The position numbers and the translations under genes are program-made. DNA of 63,828 bases, counting the filler, from Choristocarpus tenellus KU-1152 (Eukaryota > Protista > Phaeophyceae): the NCBI GenBank assembly GCA_964200185.2. It is 10 parts of 10 records of this genome, joined end to end, with 100 filler letters (N's around TTAATTAATTAA, not from the genome) between each part and the next. Parts side by side here need not be neighbours in the genome. Positions count along the whole stretch, not along the records: positions 61,299 to 63,828 come from CAXNAD020027025.1; 9 more parts are not named here. One strand, written 5' to 3'. The notes beneath the pieces were generated by a model. It did not search any database, was not told the DNA's origin, and saw only the letters and a program-made list of their open reading frames with translations. The first letter of the stretch is position 1. Every line of letters starts with the position of its first letter. Below are positions 63,768-63,828 of this stretch, one piece after another.

Positions 63768-63828
63768 GGAGGACAGGGCGGAACTCCAGTCACCTCAGAA
63801 ACTAGGATGCAGTCTTCTGCTTGATATA

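Noticed and set aside
1-63828. Prokaryotic operons, rRNA or tRNA genes
   Set aside because: None recognisable; spliceosomal introns and eukaryotic transposons occur throughout.

Overview
Eukaryotic, intron-rich nuclear DNA, most consistent with a brown alga or close photosynthetic stramenopile (inferred from the gene and transposon repertoire). The window is not one locus. It is 10 contigs joined by an artificial 100-bp spacer (44 N + TTAATTAATTAA + 44 N), so neighbourhood only has meaning within a contig: 1-13482, 13583-16758, 16859-23334, 23435-36182, 36283-47078, 47179-50472, 50573-55246, 55347-58012, 58113-61198, 61299-63828. Genes reconstructed by hand from splice sites and reading frame: an intronless 708-aa FNIP/IP22-type LRR protein with 27 indel-free 22-aa repeats; a 6-exon, 296-aa signal-peptide protein that looks like a membrane beta-barrel (largely invisible in the ORF track); a TPR gene head-to-head with peroxisomal 2,4-dienoyl-CoA reductase; a basic 23-aa-repeat (STPR-like) gene head-to-head with an unknown gene; an HSF transcription factor; and fragments of a cyclic-nucleotide phosphodiesterase, a PPR protein, a CaMK-type kinase and a HECT E3 ligase. 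Transposon debris includes RLE-type (CRE-like) and RTE-like LINEs, mariner-like and probable KDZ transposases, and a 172-bp MITE family. Best leads: the candidate complex-plastid beta-barrel pore, the hypervariable FNIP array, an HSF gene bracketed by inverted MITEs upstream of orphan PDE exons, the STPR-like gene, and a CpG-island-like pattern suggesting CG methylation. All family assignments are by motif recognition; no searches were run.
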